Positions 50,002 through 59,919 of a stretch of 64,000 nucleotides of DNA are shown here, one piece after another. Below the pieces are notes generated by a model. That model searched no databases and was not told the origin of the DNA. It saw only the letters and a program-made list of their open reading frames with translations. The stretch is from Candidatus Latescibacterota bacterium (lineage in GTDB: Bacteria > Latescibacterota > UBA2968 > GCA-2709665): positions 704,001-768,000 of the forward strand of contig OZ250150.1 of the NCBI GenBank assembly GCA_965237675.1. Reading direction: 5' to 3'. Each line of letters opens with the position of its first letter. The stretch's first letter is position 1. Made by a program: the position numbers and the translations under genes.

Positions 50002-51861
50002 CTACTCACATTCCCCGTAGCTGTAGACGTGTGAGCCGCTTCCGAAGTAGATGCGTCCGTTCAGCCAGTCCCCGCCGAAGCTGACGGGCACCGGGGACGT
50101 AGCCAGCATGGTGAGGCTGTGGTCGGACGGGTTGACGCGGACGATCCCTTTGACAAAGAGCATGTAGACACTGCCCGCCGGCGTGGTTACGAAGACGCGG
50201 GGGCCCTGCTGCCTGGCCGTCAGTCCGTAACTTTCCGCGGTACGTTCACTGCGAAGGACTTCCCTGGAATCTGGATCAAACGCAAAGAAGCGTTCCTGGT
50301 CTACAACCCCATAGACGAGTCCGTCCGGGCCGGGGCAGAGATCCGTGTACGATTGCGCACCGGGGAAAACGGCCTCGCGCCACAGGACCTGCCTGGATTC
50401 CAGATCCATCACATAGAGTTCGGCTTCTTCCGCCTTCCGCTCGCCCCCCGTGCCGGGATTGGTGGTGGATCCGCCCAGGAGGTTGCCGTCCGAAAGGGCG
50501 ATCAGGCTCATCGTGCTGTGATCGGGGAGAATATCGGTGTGCTCGAGCAGTACGTGCGAGCCGGTTTCCCGATCCCAGAACAGCATCCCGCCGCCCGTGT
50601 GACCGTAATCTGGTGTGCCCGCCAGGATGACGGTCTTGCCGTCCGGGTGGGCGAGCAGTGTATGCGGGCGGTTGATGGCCGGTTTGCATTCGGTCAGGAA
50701 ACGCGGGTTGGAATCGGAGTTGTCCTTGTCGGTAGGGACCCAGGGTCTGGCGGGGTCCCATTCCAGCAGAAAACCGCCCGTGTAGCCGCCGGCAAAATAA
50801 CGGTCCGTCTGCCGGGCAACGGTGTTCCACTGCCCATGGTTGGGGCGGTTGATCCATCTATCGGTCTCAGGATCGTAGCTGAAGAAGCGCGCGGGAAAGG
50901 TGGTGCCCCCGCAAATGGTGTTGTCGGGAGCAGCGGCAAGGCCCATCACGTGGGCGCCTTCGGTCGTGTATTCGAAGTCGACTTCCACGATGTGTCCGGA
51001 TTCGGGATCTTCAACGGATAGGGTTCGCGTTACCAGATCGCACGTCACGATGCGTTTGCCGTCCGGAAAGCGCCGGTGGAACAGGCCCTGGCTTCCCGTG
51101 ACGATCGGTTTTTCGTTCTGCACTTCTAACAAACCGACCGGTTTACGCGTGCCCTTGTAGAGTTCAAACCAGTTGCGGGAAATGTCGCCGGCATGTCCGT
51201 ATACCTTCCCGTCGAGGTCGCGGTAGACGTGGCCGCTCCCCTGCACGCGTTCGCTTTCCGGGAGCATGGGTTCCACGGCGCCGGAATCCGGCTCCAGACT
51301 GATGATCTGGCTGGCGGTGCTGCCGATGCCGAAGTAGACCCAACCGGCGGCGTCAGTTGCGATCGAACGGGGATATTGCCGCCAATTCTGTTTATAGACG
51401 TGACCGTAGTCCCTGAACGCGCGGGTTCGGGGATCGTAAGACAGAACGCCGCTATCCGGATGGGTGGCCGCCCAGATCCGGCCGCTGTCGTCTTCGGTCA
51501 TACCCATGGCCATCTGCGGTACTGTTTCGTGGCAGAACGTAAACGCTCGCTCGCCGGGATCGAAGGCCAGGAAGTGGCTGTGAAAATGGGTGCAAAAGAG
51601 GTTGCCGCTGGAAAGAAGGGACGAAAAAGGGCATGCATTGAAGTCATCGCCCGGAGGAAAAGGGAGGGGGAACTGTTCGCTGGCGCCGGTTTCCGCGTCG
51701 ATCAGCAGGAGGGCGTAGCAGCCCCGACGATCGTACAACCAGAGCAGGACCACGTTTCGGCCCTGTCCGTCCACGGTGGCGACAAGCCCCCGGCTGTTCC
51801 CGATGTCAGTAGCGACACCGTGGTGCCGGAAACCGTTGCCTAGATCCTGTGACACTTGCAT
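50002..51861 (-). CDS. Large beta-propeller repeat protein
   Basis: Repeated DG.VYG / F.YDP blades; GAGGAG RBS upstream. Confidence 0.75.
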   Translation of the reverse strand: MQVSQDLGNGFRHHGVATDIGNSRGLVATVDGQGRNVVLLWLYDRRGCYALLLIDAETGASEQFPLPFPPGDDFNACPFSSLLSSGNLFCTHFHSHFLAFDPGERAFTFCHETVPQMAMGMTEDDSGRIWAATHPDSGVLSYDPRTRAFRDYGHVYKQNWRQYPRSIATDAAGWVYFGIGSTASQIISLEPDSGAVEPMLPESERVQGSGHVYRDLDGKVYGHAGDISRNWFELYKGTRKPVGLLEVQNEKPIVTGSQGLFHRRFPDGKRIVTCDLVTRTLSVEDPESGHIVEVDFEYTTEGAHVMGLAAAPDNTICGGTTFPARFFSYDPETDRWINRPNHGQWNTVARQTDRYFAGGYTGGFLLEWDPARPWVPTDKDNSDSNPRFLTECKPAINRPHTLLAHPDGKTVILAGTPDYGHTGGGMLFWDRETGSHVLLEHTDILPDHSTMSLIALSDGNLLGGSTTNPGTGGERKAEEAELYVMDLESRQVLWREAVFPGAQSYTDLCPGPDGLVYGVVDQERFFAFDPDSREVLRSERTAESYGLTARQQGPRVFVTTPAGSVYMLFVKGIVRVNPSDHSLTMLATSPVPVSFGGDWLNGRIYFGSGSHVYSYGECE

Positions 51862-51915
51862 TGGCAGCATCTCCTCGTAAACAAGACTTCTGCTTTTCGA
51901 AGGCCGGCAGAAGCG

Positions 51916-53271
51916 TCAGCCCGGGTCCGAAAACCGTCCTTCCATCTCCTTGCGGAGGCGGAAAACGTCGCTGTCTTCGTCGAGTTCCACGTCGGATCGA
52001 AGGATCGGCTGGCCCGCTGTAATTCTGCGTTTCAGCCTGAGTGTGTGCGCCAGGCCGATGGGCAGGACCCCGCGTTTGAACGCGCCGGCCGCTGGCATAA
52101 GTTTGCCGTAAACTCTATATCCGCCCTCGCCGTCCAGGATTTCTCCCTCGTCAAGATCGCGTTTCGCGGTGGCAGCGACGTCTGCGACAAACGCACGGGG
52201 GGAGCCGGTCGCTTCGCCGTGCACACCGGCCCGCATCACGCTGGTGGCAAGTTCCATGCCGACCAGATGGTAGGGACGGTAGATGGCCGTATAACGTCCG
52301 GAGGCATCCGTCGGCAGGCCGTATTCGGCGAAACAGCGAGGTATATAGTCGCCCGCCCCTTCGATGGTGACGTACACACCCCAGCGCAGGTGCTGGTCGA
52401 CCGGCGTTCCGTCCGGTTGCACGCAGGAAACGACCTCGACCGTTCCCTTGTGCGAGAGTTGACCGCCCGCGCTCCGGGGCCGGCAGACCTCGGGCAGGCG
52501 GTCGATTTCGCATGGCGGGAAGTTCAGACCCTCCGGCTGCGGTTCCAGCCCCGTGGCATTTGAGACAGCGGCCATTTCAATGGCCGATTTCGTTCCGTCC
52601 AGGAAGGAATTGAACATCCTCGGGTTCATCCCGCCGCGAGCCGCGGTTTCCGCGTCAATCCCGTAGTGGTCCCAGACGGTATCGGGCGTCGATGCATGGT
52701 AGGCGGGCCGATGTTTCGTGCCTTTACCGGCGCAGACGACGTTGAATCCGTTGGTCCTCGCCCATTCGACGAGTTCACAAATCAAAGCCGGCTGGTCGCC
52801 ATAGGCAAGCGAGTAGACGAGGCCGGCGGATTCCGCCCGTTGCGCCAGTACGGGTCCCGCGAGGACGTCCGCTTCGACGTTGACCATGACCAGGTGGCGG
52901 CCTTCGTCGATGGCTTTAAGGGCGTAGTGGATGCCCGCGAGTGGATTGCCGGTGGCTTCGACAACCACGTCCAGGCCGGCCGCGCAAACCAGAGCATCGC
53001 CGTCGTCGGTGAGGTGGGTGGCCCCGGTCTTAAGGGCATTGTCGAAGTCCGTTGCGGCGAATTGGCCGGGCGGCCACTCCGCGCGCCCGAGGGCTTCGCG
53101 CGCCCGGTCAATGGAGATATCGGCCACACCCAAGACATGCAGATCCGGAATGCGGCGGGCCTGGGCCAGGAACATGGTGCCGAATTTTCCGGCGCCGATG
53201 AGACCCACACGGACGGGATTGTCAGGGTCGGCGTGCGCCGGTCTCCTTCGAGGGCTACGAACGTTATCCAT
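51916..53271 (-). CDS. Homoserine dehydrogenase-like NAD(P)-binding oxidoreductase with C-terminal SAF domain
   Basis: VGLIGAGKFG, VEATG, MVNVEAD, GDQPA, SFLDGTKSAIEM, RPYHL, LDGEGG. Confidence 0.88.
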   Translation of the reverse strand: MDNVRSPRRRPAHADPDNPVRVGLIGAGKFGTMFLAQARRIPDLHVLGVADISIDRAREALGRAEWPPGQFAATDFDNALKTGATHLTDDGDALVCAAGLDVVVEATGNPLAGIHYALKAIDEGRHLVMVNVEADVLAGPVLAQRAESAGLVYSLAYGDQPALICELVEWARTNGFNVVCAGKGTKHRPAYHASTPDTVWDHYGIDAETAARGGMNPRMFNSFLDGTKSAIEMAAVSNATGLEPQPEGLNFPPCEIDRLPEVCRPRSAGGQLSHKGTVEVVSCVQPDGTPVDQHLRWGVYVTIEGAGDYIPRCFAEYGLPTDASGRYTAIYRPYHLVGMELATSVMRAGVHGEATGSPRAFVADVAATAKRDLDEGEILDGEGGYRVYGKLMPAAGAFKRGVLPIGLAHTLRLKRRITAGQPILRSDVELDEDSDVFRLRKEMEGRFSDPG

Positions 53272-53370
53272 ACCGCACCTTGAAATGCGAAAAGCCTTGC
53301 GTGCCGCGGAGAAATACGATGGATCCAGTCCCGGATTGAATTACAGGTTCATCCGAGACCGGATATGCCA

Positions 53371-54216
53371 CTAACGACCGTTCTCGAAGCAGGCGCCCAT
53401 GTCCTCCAGGAACTGTTCGGGCTCTACCCTGCGATACCTTTCCACGCAACCATGCACGCTACCGGGGTTTTCAACTTCGTCCTGAATCGGGAAATGCCGC
53501 GTAGACAGCCCTTCAAGTTGGGACAGCCTGTAACGGCTTGTCTGTACAACCTCGTTCACGTTCGATTTGGCGCGGATTTCGACATCGGGTTCCGCGGATC
53601 TGTAGTAATGCACGGACTTCAGATGCGTCCGCATGATCTTGAACGCGTAATCCGGAAGACGCGACTCGCGCCCGCCGGGAACGAAGGATTCGGGCCAGAA
53701 GAGTCGATCGATCTGGAGATCGAACGCCTTCTTCAGCGCGCCTGAAACGCTACCGTCAAACGGAACCCACTTCGAGTCGGGCCAGACGTCCAGATTGCCC
53801 CACGGCCATCCCAGACGTTCCTTATCCAGTGAAAGGCGTCCGCTACCGGTATTGACGCCTTCCTTCGAAATGTCGAGAATGGCGAAGTGCTGCGGATAAA
53901 TAAAGAAGTCATCCGTCCGTGCCCGCCAGGCATCGTAAAAGGCCGTGGTTAGCGCCAGAATCGCGTACGAGGTGTGGAGGATGCCGTCTTCGAGGCAGGG
54001 CGAGGCGATTCCCGTGCGATCTGACTCGCGGTAGTCGGGACAGAATTCCTCGAAGGGGACGGACGTAAGGCCGTTCCCCCCGCACTTCCAATATTCGAAA
54101 TCCGGGGCGGCGAGGACTCTGCTGGTATGCATATCGGGTAACCTCGCGAACAGCGATAAACCGGCACTACGTTCGGGCGAGTCATCCACGCGCGGCGTGG
54201 ATTCGGGAATCCTCAA
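53371..54216 (-). CDS. Hypothetical protein
   Basis: 281-aa ORF overlapping the upstream gene stop in a co-oriented run; no family recognised. Confidence 0.7.
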   Translation of the reverse strand: MRIPESTPRVDDSPERSAGLSLFARLPDMHTSRVLAAPDFEYWKCGGNGLTSVPFEEFCPDYRESDRTGIASPCLEDGILHTSYAILALTTAFYDAWRARTDDFFIYPQHFAILDISKEGVNTGSGRLSLDKERLGWPWGNLDVWPDSKWVPFDGSVSGALKKAFDLQIDRLFWPESFVPGGRESRLPDYAFKIMRTHLKSVHYYRSAEPDVEIRAKSNVNEVVQTSRYRLSQLEGLSTRHFPIQDEVENPGSVHGCVERYRRVEPEQFLEDMGACFENGR

Positions 54217-54932
54217 TTCGCCTCGCCAGGGGAAACAGCGTCGTTTTGAGGGACGTCACGCGGGTCCCGGATCTGGCCCCTCCGCACCACCGACCTCATG
54301 GATCGATACATCGCGTAGACGGAAATCAGGGCCCAGACCAGAGCGATCGGGTAAGCCAGAAGCGGCGTGTCCCAATGCCGGGCGAGGATGCCCGCATCGG
54401 TGCGTTCGGTATACATCCAGAGATCGGTGCGGAAGTCGTAGAGGCTGTAAAGACAGAGCATCACGCCGAGCCACGTGGCCACCCAACGCGCGACGCCTGG
54501 CAGCAGGACGGCCGGGATCAGAAGAAGGAGGCCGCTCGCGATACCGAACATGAAATCGATGCTGACCAGGGGTATGTAGACTACCGTCATCCCGATGGCG
54601 AGGCCGCCGATCCCGGCAAGTAGTATGCGCTGCAGCCGCGGCCAGGAACTGACGTAGATGAAAAATGCGCCCAGGAAAGCGGAACCGACGTAACCGGCAG
54701 AGGCGATGATCGGAAAAAGACCGCCCCGGCTCTGCGAATGACCCGATTCGTCCCAGTTGACGCGGATTTCAAGGACTTCGCCCCCGGTAGCGATAGTGGC
54801 CCCCGCGTGGCACATTTCGTGTATCAGGACCATGAAGACCCGGAAGGGTTTGACGACGGGCGTGTCCCAAAACGCCAGCGCGATGATGGCGCAGACGATC
54901 GCGGGCCAGAAACGTTTGAGGGTAGTCAGCAT
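54213..54932 (-). CDS. M50B-like intramembrane metallopeptidase
   Basis: LIHEMCHA, ASAGYVG, TDAGILA; multiple TM helices. Confidence 0.88.
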   Translation of the reverse strand: MLTTLKRFWPAIVCAIIALAFWDTPVVKPFRVFMVLIHEMCHAGATIATGGEVLEIRVNWDESGHSQSRGGLFPIIASAGYVGSAFLGAFFIYVSSWPRLQRILLAGIGGLAIGMTVVYIPLVSIDFMFGIASGLLLLIPAVLLPGVARWVATWLGVMLCLYSLYDFRTDLWMYTERTDAGILARHWDTPLLAYPIALVWALISVYAMYRSMRSVVRRGQIRDPRDVPQNDAVSPGEAN

Positions 54933-55655
54933 TTATTTTCTGTACTTGTTGACGACTCTGAGGTCGGTATCCCCCGACTCGGCATGAATGAACTTGACAA
55001 GCAGGGAGACTCTGTTCGCTGCGTTAAGCACGTCCCAGTAGAAGTCGCGGGTCGTTTCAATTCGGTTGTGCAGTTCGACGGCGTACGGTTCGCCTGAAAA
55101 CGCCGGCGGCGGATCTCCGTCGTCCCTGTACGTGGTGATGCAGTGGCCGAATCCGGGAATGGCCGTTTCGTAGCTGAAGTAGTGCCTGGCGGCGAAATCC
55201 CCACTCCCGTCGACGGCTTTGAGAATAGCGAGCCTGTAGGCGACGCACGGGTCGTCCAGGTTGACGATGCCGGCGATGCGGGGCGTGAAGATGGGAGGAT
55301 CGTGTTCGAAGGTCCGCGTATCCAGGGCGGATTCGAAGGTGCCGCCGCCTTGAAGCATGGCGTAAATGGTATCGGTCTGGTCGCCGTTGGAGACGATGTG
55401 ATGCCGATCGAGGATTCTTATGGGAGTATAGACGACCAGGGCGGGATTCTCCAGCGCGGATTCGTCGAAAGCCCGCGTTCTGACGATGTCGTTCTCGGCG
55501 AGAAAGACCCGGTTCCGACTCCCCGTGCTTCTGCCCATGATCCAGTAGACCTGGACGAAGTTCCTGGCGTCGGGCGTCTGGCCGATAATAATTCCCCGTC
55601 CCGGATACGCGGAGTCTCTAAGCGTGTCCAGGTTGGTTTCAACGGTGCGGCCCAA
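54933..55655 (-). CDS. IMP cyclohydrolase-like protein (PurO/Ntn fold)
   Basis: YPGRGI, YWIMGRS..SRNR, IVSNGDQTD, FEHDPPIFTPRI; AAGGAG RBS then TTG at 55655. Confidence 0.88.
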   Translation of the reverse strand: MGRTVETNLDTLRDSAYPGRGIIIGQTPDARNFVQVYWIMGRSTGSRNRVFLAENDIVRTRAFDESALENPALVVYTPIRILDRHHIVSNGDQTDTIYAMLQGGGTFESALDTRTFEHDPPIFTPRIAGIVNLDDPCVAYRLAILKAVDGSGDFAARHYFSYETAIPGFGHCITTYRDDGDPPPAFSGEPYAVELHNRIETTRDFYWDVLNAANRVSLLVKFIHAESGDTDLRVVNKYRK

Positions 55656-55689
55656 TTCGCAACTCTCCTTGATTCGTTTCAGGAACCGA

Positions 55690-56559
55690 CTATGCGGCCA
55701 GGGTGTCGTAAACCGCTCTTGCAAGAGCGGCGAGGCGGAGGTCAACGGTCATCCGGTCCCGGCACGTCACCTGTTTGGCCATAATGGCGACCGTATAGGG
55801 ACCGGTCGGCGAAAAGACGATGCCCACGTCGGCACGCACGCCGAGATAGTAACCCGTTTTGTGCGCAACCGTGGTTCCAACAGGCAGTGCGTAGGGGATC
55901 ACGGTTCTGAGTTGCTGACGCTTCAGGATGTCCAGGGCCCCCTCCCGGGACGCGGGTGAAAGGATATCGCCCGAATAGAGCAGTTCCAGAAGACTGCACA
56001 TATCGCGGGGGGAGGAAACGTCTGACCGGTCGAGGTCGTAACCCGCCCCGTCGGGTACGTATTCTTCGTTGAACAGCCGTTCGGTGCAAACGGCATACGT
56101 ATGGTCGGGATTGTTCGGGTCCAGGCCGACGACGCTGAAGAGCAGTTGTCTGACCGTCATCGGGATACGGGTCTTCAGGAGTCCGAGTTGCTGCATCGTG
56201 TTGTTGAGATTGTCTCCGCCAACCAGGTTGTAGAGGATATCCGTCGCGGTGTTGTCGCTGATGATAATCATCAGCATGGCCAGATCGTGCACGGTGGGAT
56301 TGAGACCCCCTGTCATTTCCTTAAGGATACCTGAGCCGGGTACGCGAAGGTTATCGGTGAGTTCGATGCGCTGGTTCAGATCGATATCGCCGCGGTCCAC
56401 CTGGCGGTAGAGTTCGACGAGCAGGGGAACTTTCAGCGTGCTGGCGGTGAAGAACACGTCGGCGGCATTGTGTTGAATGCGCTGGCCGGTTTCCAGGTGT
56501 CTGGCCGACACACCCACGGTCCCCTCGATCCTGGAGATGGCGGTTTCGACAGATGTCAT
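55690..56559 (-). CDS. Class A beta-lactamase-related serine hydrolase
   Basis: ASTLK (SxxK), ISDNTATD (SDN), HKTG; no signal peptide. Confidence 0.9.
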   Translation of the reverse strand: MTSVETAISRIEGTVGVSARHLETGQRIQHNAADVFFTASTLKVPLLVELYRQVDRGDIDLNQRIELTDNLRVPGSGILKEMTGGLNPTVHDLAMLMIIISDNTATDILYNLVGGDNLNNTMQQLGLLKTRIPMTVRQLLFSVVGLDPNNPDHTYAVCTERLFNEEYVPDGAGYDLDRSDVSSPRDMCSLLELLYSGDILSPASREGALDILKRQQLRTVIPYALPVGTTVAHKTGYYLGVRADVGIVFSPTGPYTVAIMAKQVTCRDRMTVDLRLAALARAVYDTLAA

Positions 56560-56618
56560 TTCAAATTATCCAATCTGCGCTTCGGTTTTTGCCTTTTCTC
56601 ACGTCTCCCGTCTTGCTT

Positions 56619-58583
56619 CTACCCGATCTTTGGCATCGCCATTGAGAGTGCTTTTTGCTTCAAAACCCCGTAGCGGCGGGTCTCATAGGACGGCAACTGG
56701 CTTTCGCGCAGGTCAAACCCGAACGCGCGTTTGCTGAGCACAATGATCGGCGGCGCCTGGACACGCTTGAAGTAGTTGAGCCGCACCTGCCGCGCGATCC
56801 ACTCCAGGTCTTCGATCCAGCTGTTCACGTCCGGGAACCAGGCCCGGAATTGCTCCCGGTCATCCCACCCGATCTCATCCAGCAGAGTCCCGTCCAAAAA
56901 CCACTGGAGGAAGTCGAGAGGGTGTTTCCTATACTCGATGATCTGGCGAAGCATGGCATCGTGGTACCCATACTTGATCGGGTCTCCCAGGCCCCGGGTC
57001 ACGTCCTGGGCTTCCGACAATTCCGCACTGGGTACCGTCTCCCCGCTGATCAGGTTACCCGGAATTACTTCCTTTGCAAACACTTGCGCGTTCAAGAACC
57101 GCGCCAGCTGAAGGACCTGCACTTTATAGAGGTCTGCAATCGGGGCCACGGCGCCGTTCACGTCGCCATAAAGCGTGGCGTATCCCAGCGCCGTCTCGGT
57201 CTTGTTGCCGTTGTTCGTAAAGACCAACCCGAACTTCGCGGCCAGTGCGGCGAGAATATCCGCCCCACGAATACGCGCCTGAAGGTTCTCGTCGACGAGA
57301 CGGGTATAGTCGCCCGGCGACCTGGAGAAGCTTACGCCCCTGATCTTATCGGACAGGTACTCGTACAGATCCTGGATCGGGCAACTCAGGTAGTCCACCT
57401 CGAGAGTCCGGCAGACCTGCCTCGCGTTTTTCTGCGTGATGGACGAGTTGAACCGGGTTGGCATATTCACCGCGTACACCCGCTCGGGCCCGAAGGCCTG
57501 CGAGAGCATGCAGGTCACCACGCTCGAATCGATCCCTCCGCTGGCGCCCACCAGAAATTGGTTCTCTGTCTCCAGGATATCGTCGAGGTGCCGCAGTCCG
57601 GTCAGTATGCCATCGTAGATCGCGGCGACCTCATCCTGAGAAGAAGCGGGCGGGTCTCCGCCCCGGCTCAGAATCATCTGCTGCCGCCATGGCTGCGCAC
57701 GCCGCAGAATGTCTCCCGCCGCGGAATAGACCGTCGTATCGCCGTCGAATACGATGATATTCTTGCCGTTGTTCTGCGCCCCCACGTGGTTTACATAAAA
57801 AACAGGGATGGGAGAACGCTTTAGAATCTCCCTGACAACCCGGTTGCGCTTCAGATTCTTCTGCCACGTCCAGGGAGAAGACGACAGATTGAACAGCGCC
57901 TGCGCCCCGCGGTCGTGGAACACGCGCAACGTATCCAGAATATCTCCTCCGTAGCCGTAGTCCTGGCACCATATATCTTCGCAAAGTTGTACGCCGAACC
58001 GAAACGTCCGGCCGTTCTTCAGGCGGACCTCAAAGGGCGCGATCCAGTCGTAAACCGATCTCCCGCAAGCATCGGCCAGTTTCCGGAGCGAGTAGAAGTG
58101 GCGGTCGTCGTCGAAGAACCGGTAGTTCGGATGCAGCGTCTTGGGATGCACCCCGGCCGGCAACCCGGAAGGGATCTCGCTGCGCGTCACATAGCGGCCG
58201 TCGGCGCAGACATAGACGGCATTGTACTTTCGTATCCGGCCGTCCTCTCCGATGTTCGCTCGATCCACCACCACGTTCCCGAAGAGTACGGTAATGTCCT
58301 GACTGGCCTCCCGAATCGTTTCGCTGTATGCCGCGAAATCCTCAACGAGCGCGTCCACCTCCCACAGGTCGCCCAGGATATAGCCGGAAATGCAGAGTTC
58401 CGAAAAAACGATCAGTTCCGCGCCCTCTGCCCTCCCTTTGTCGATGTAACGCAGCATCCGTTCGACGTTCAGATCCGGCCGTGCCGCCTTCACATCCATC
58501 TGGACCAGGGCGATTTCGGGCAACGCGTCAACGCCAGTCATATTTGCCGAGCCAAAGATGAAGGTTTGGTTTGACCTTCCCAA
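56619..58583 (-). CDS. nadE: Glutamine-dependent NAD+ synthetase
   Basis: Nitrilase domain (FSELCISGY, RFFDDDRHF, LCEDIW) fused to synthetase (SGGIDS, ENLQARIRG, NKTE...GYATLYGD, PSAEL); start may be ATG at 58541. Confidence 0.95.
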   Translation of the reverse strand: MGRSNQTFIFGSANMTGVDALPEIALVQMDVKAARPDLNVERMLRYIDKGRAEGAELIVFSELCISGYILGDLWEVDALVEDFAAYSETIREASQDITVLFGNVVVDRANIGEDGRIRKYNAVYVCADGRYVTRSEIPSGLPAGVHPKTLHPNYRFFDDDRHFYSLRKLADACGRSVYDWIAPFEVRLKNGRTFRFGVQLCEDIWCQDYGYGGDILDTLRVFHDRGAQALFNLSSSPWTWQKNLKRNRVVREILKRSPIPVFYVNHVGAQNNGKNIIVFDGDTTVYSAAGDILRRAQPWRQQMILSRGGDPPASSQDEVAAIYDGILTGLRHLDDILETENQFLVGASGGIDSSVVTCMLSQAFGPERVYAVNMPTRFNSSITQKNARQVCRTLEVDYLSCPIQDLYEYLSDKIRGVSFSRSPGDYTRLVDENLQARIRGADILAALAAKFGLVFTNNGNKTETALGYATLYGDVNGAVAPIADLYKVQVLQLARFLNAQVFAKEVIPGNLISGETVPSAELSEAQDVTRGLGDPIKYGYHDAMLRQIIEYRKHPLDFLQWFLDGTLLDEIGWDDREQFRAWFPDVNSWIEDLEWIARQVRLNYFKRVQAPPIIVLSKRAFGFDLRESQLPSYETRRYGVLKQKALSMAMPKIG

Positions 58584-58596
58584 TCCAACGCATTAC

Positions 58597-59904
58597 CTAC
58601 GAAATGCAGAGGGACCGACTCACGGCGGCGTGGATCCGATCCTCGGTGGAGGCCACGTACGGCCCCGTTCGCTTCCAGTACTGCTGGCTGAACCAGACTT
58701 CGTAGCCCCCTTCGGGGATCTGGCGCTTGACGGGGACGTAGCCGATGATGTCATTGGTATACCCAAGAGCCAGGACGTGGTCAAAATGCGGACCCAGTTC
58801 CCGTTTCAGGCGCAGGCCGTGCTCTACCGTCATTTCGCCCGCGAGTGTGACCACGGCCAGGGCATTTCCGAATCGTACCGTCTGAACTTCAAACGGGATG
58901 GTCGTGGGTACGGGGACATTCTTTTCGACGCATTCAAACAGATGTCGCGCCCACGCCTGAACAAACGCCCGGTTGTCATTCAGACTGGACCTGACGAGGT
59001 CCAAGTCGATGGGTTCGGTTTCCAGACCGAGAACGGTCTGTCTCACGGAAATCGGACCGGTGACCGGCTCGAGGGCGTCCGAGGCGAGGATACGGATCAC
59101 GGATTCCCCCAGCTGGACGCCGATGTCGCGGATTTCTTCAATACTCCTGGATACGAATGTATCCGACGCGGGGTCGACAGGTCTTGTTTTCTGGTCTCCG
59201 GCGCAGCCCTGGAGAAAAAACGCCGTGGCGCCCGGGACCATCGCTTCAACGTGGTCATAGGCGAAACAGACGTAGTCGCCGCCGATAAGGGTGCCGCTCC
59301 GGCTCGTGGGGTGGCACGCGTAGCTGAAGATCACGCTTCGACGTTCGCCTTCGGGAGATTCGACGACCAGCACGTGCACATCGTGGTCGTGAGGCGCTTT
59401 GTCAGAGGCTTTCCACTCCACGCCGCCTTGCCCGTCGGGCTTTCGGCGTGAAACGGCGATGTCACAACTCCCGGTGCCGAAACGAAGCCGGGCGGGCTGC
59501 CGGTTCTCCCATGCCGTTTTCGCGCAACGGGTGACCCGGCTCATGAGTTCCTCGACGTACTCCTCGTCCAGGTCGCCGTGGCGCTGGCGGTCCATTTCAC
59601 GGATACAGGGGCCGCAGTGGGTGTGCGATCCACTGAGAATGATGCTGGCCGGCCCGACGCCCGTTGCGGCGGCAATCCGGGATCGGACCTGGTCCGTGTG
59701 TTCATAGAAGCCGAGGACTTCGGCACTGACGATGAGCAGCGGGCTTGTGCCGTCGTCGATGGCGATGGCATTGGCTTTCAACGAATGGTAGACGGCCGTG
59801 GAGGGGTCCGTGCGGGCGGCGAACCCGGCCAGATAGATGCCGACTGGAGGCGTGATGTCATCGCCGCTCACGCCGATCCGATACGTGTGGTTGGACAACG
59901 TCAT
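58597..59904 (-). CDS. Neutral/alkaline ceramidase N-terminal-like hydrolase
   Basis: DITPP, SHTHCGP, YACHPT, GDY, QGCAGDQ, GYVP...EGGYE. Confidence 0.85.
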   Translation of the reverse strand: MTLSNHTYRIGVSGDDITPPVGIYLAGFAARTDPSTAVYHSLKANAIAIDDGTSPLLIVSAEVLGFYEHTDQVRSRIAAATGVGPASIILSGSHTHCGPCIREMDRQRHGDLDEEYVEELMSRVTRCAKTAWENRQPARLRFGTGSCDIAVSRRKPDGQGGVEWKASDKAPHDHDVHVLVVESPEGERRSVIFSYACHPTSRSGTLIGGDYVCFAYDHVEAMVPGATAFFLQGCAGDQKTRPVDPASDTFVSRSIEEIRDIGVQLGESVIRILASDALEPVTGPISVRQTVLGLETEPIDLDLVRSSLNDNRAFVQAWARHLFECVEKNVPVPTTIPFEVQTVRFGNALAVVTLAGEMTVEHGLRLKRELGPHFDHVLALGYTNDIIGYVPVKRQIPEGGYEVWFSQQYWKRTGPYVASTEDRIHAAVSRSLCIS

Positions 59905-59919
59905 TCAATCTGCTCCCGT

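Noticed and set aside
55690-56559. True antibiotic-resistance beta-lactamase
   Set aside because: There is no signal peptide and no clear omega-loop ExxLN motif; it is better described as a related serine hydrolase.
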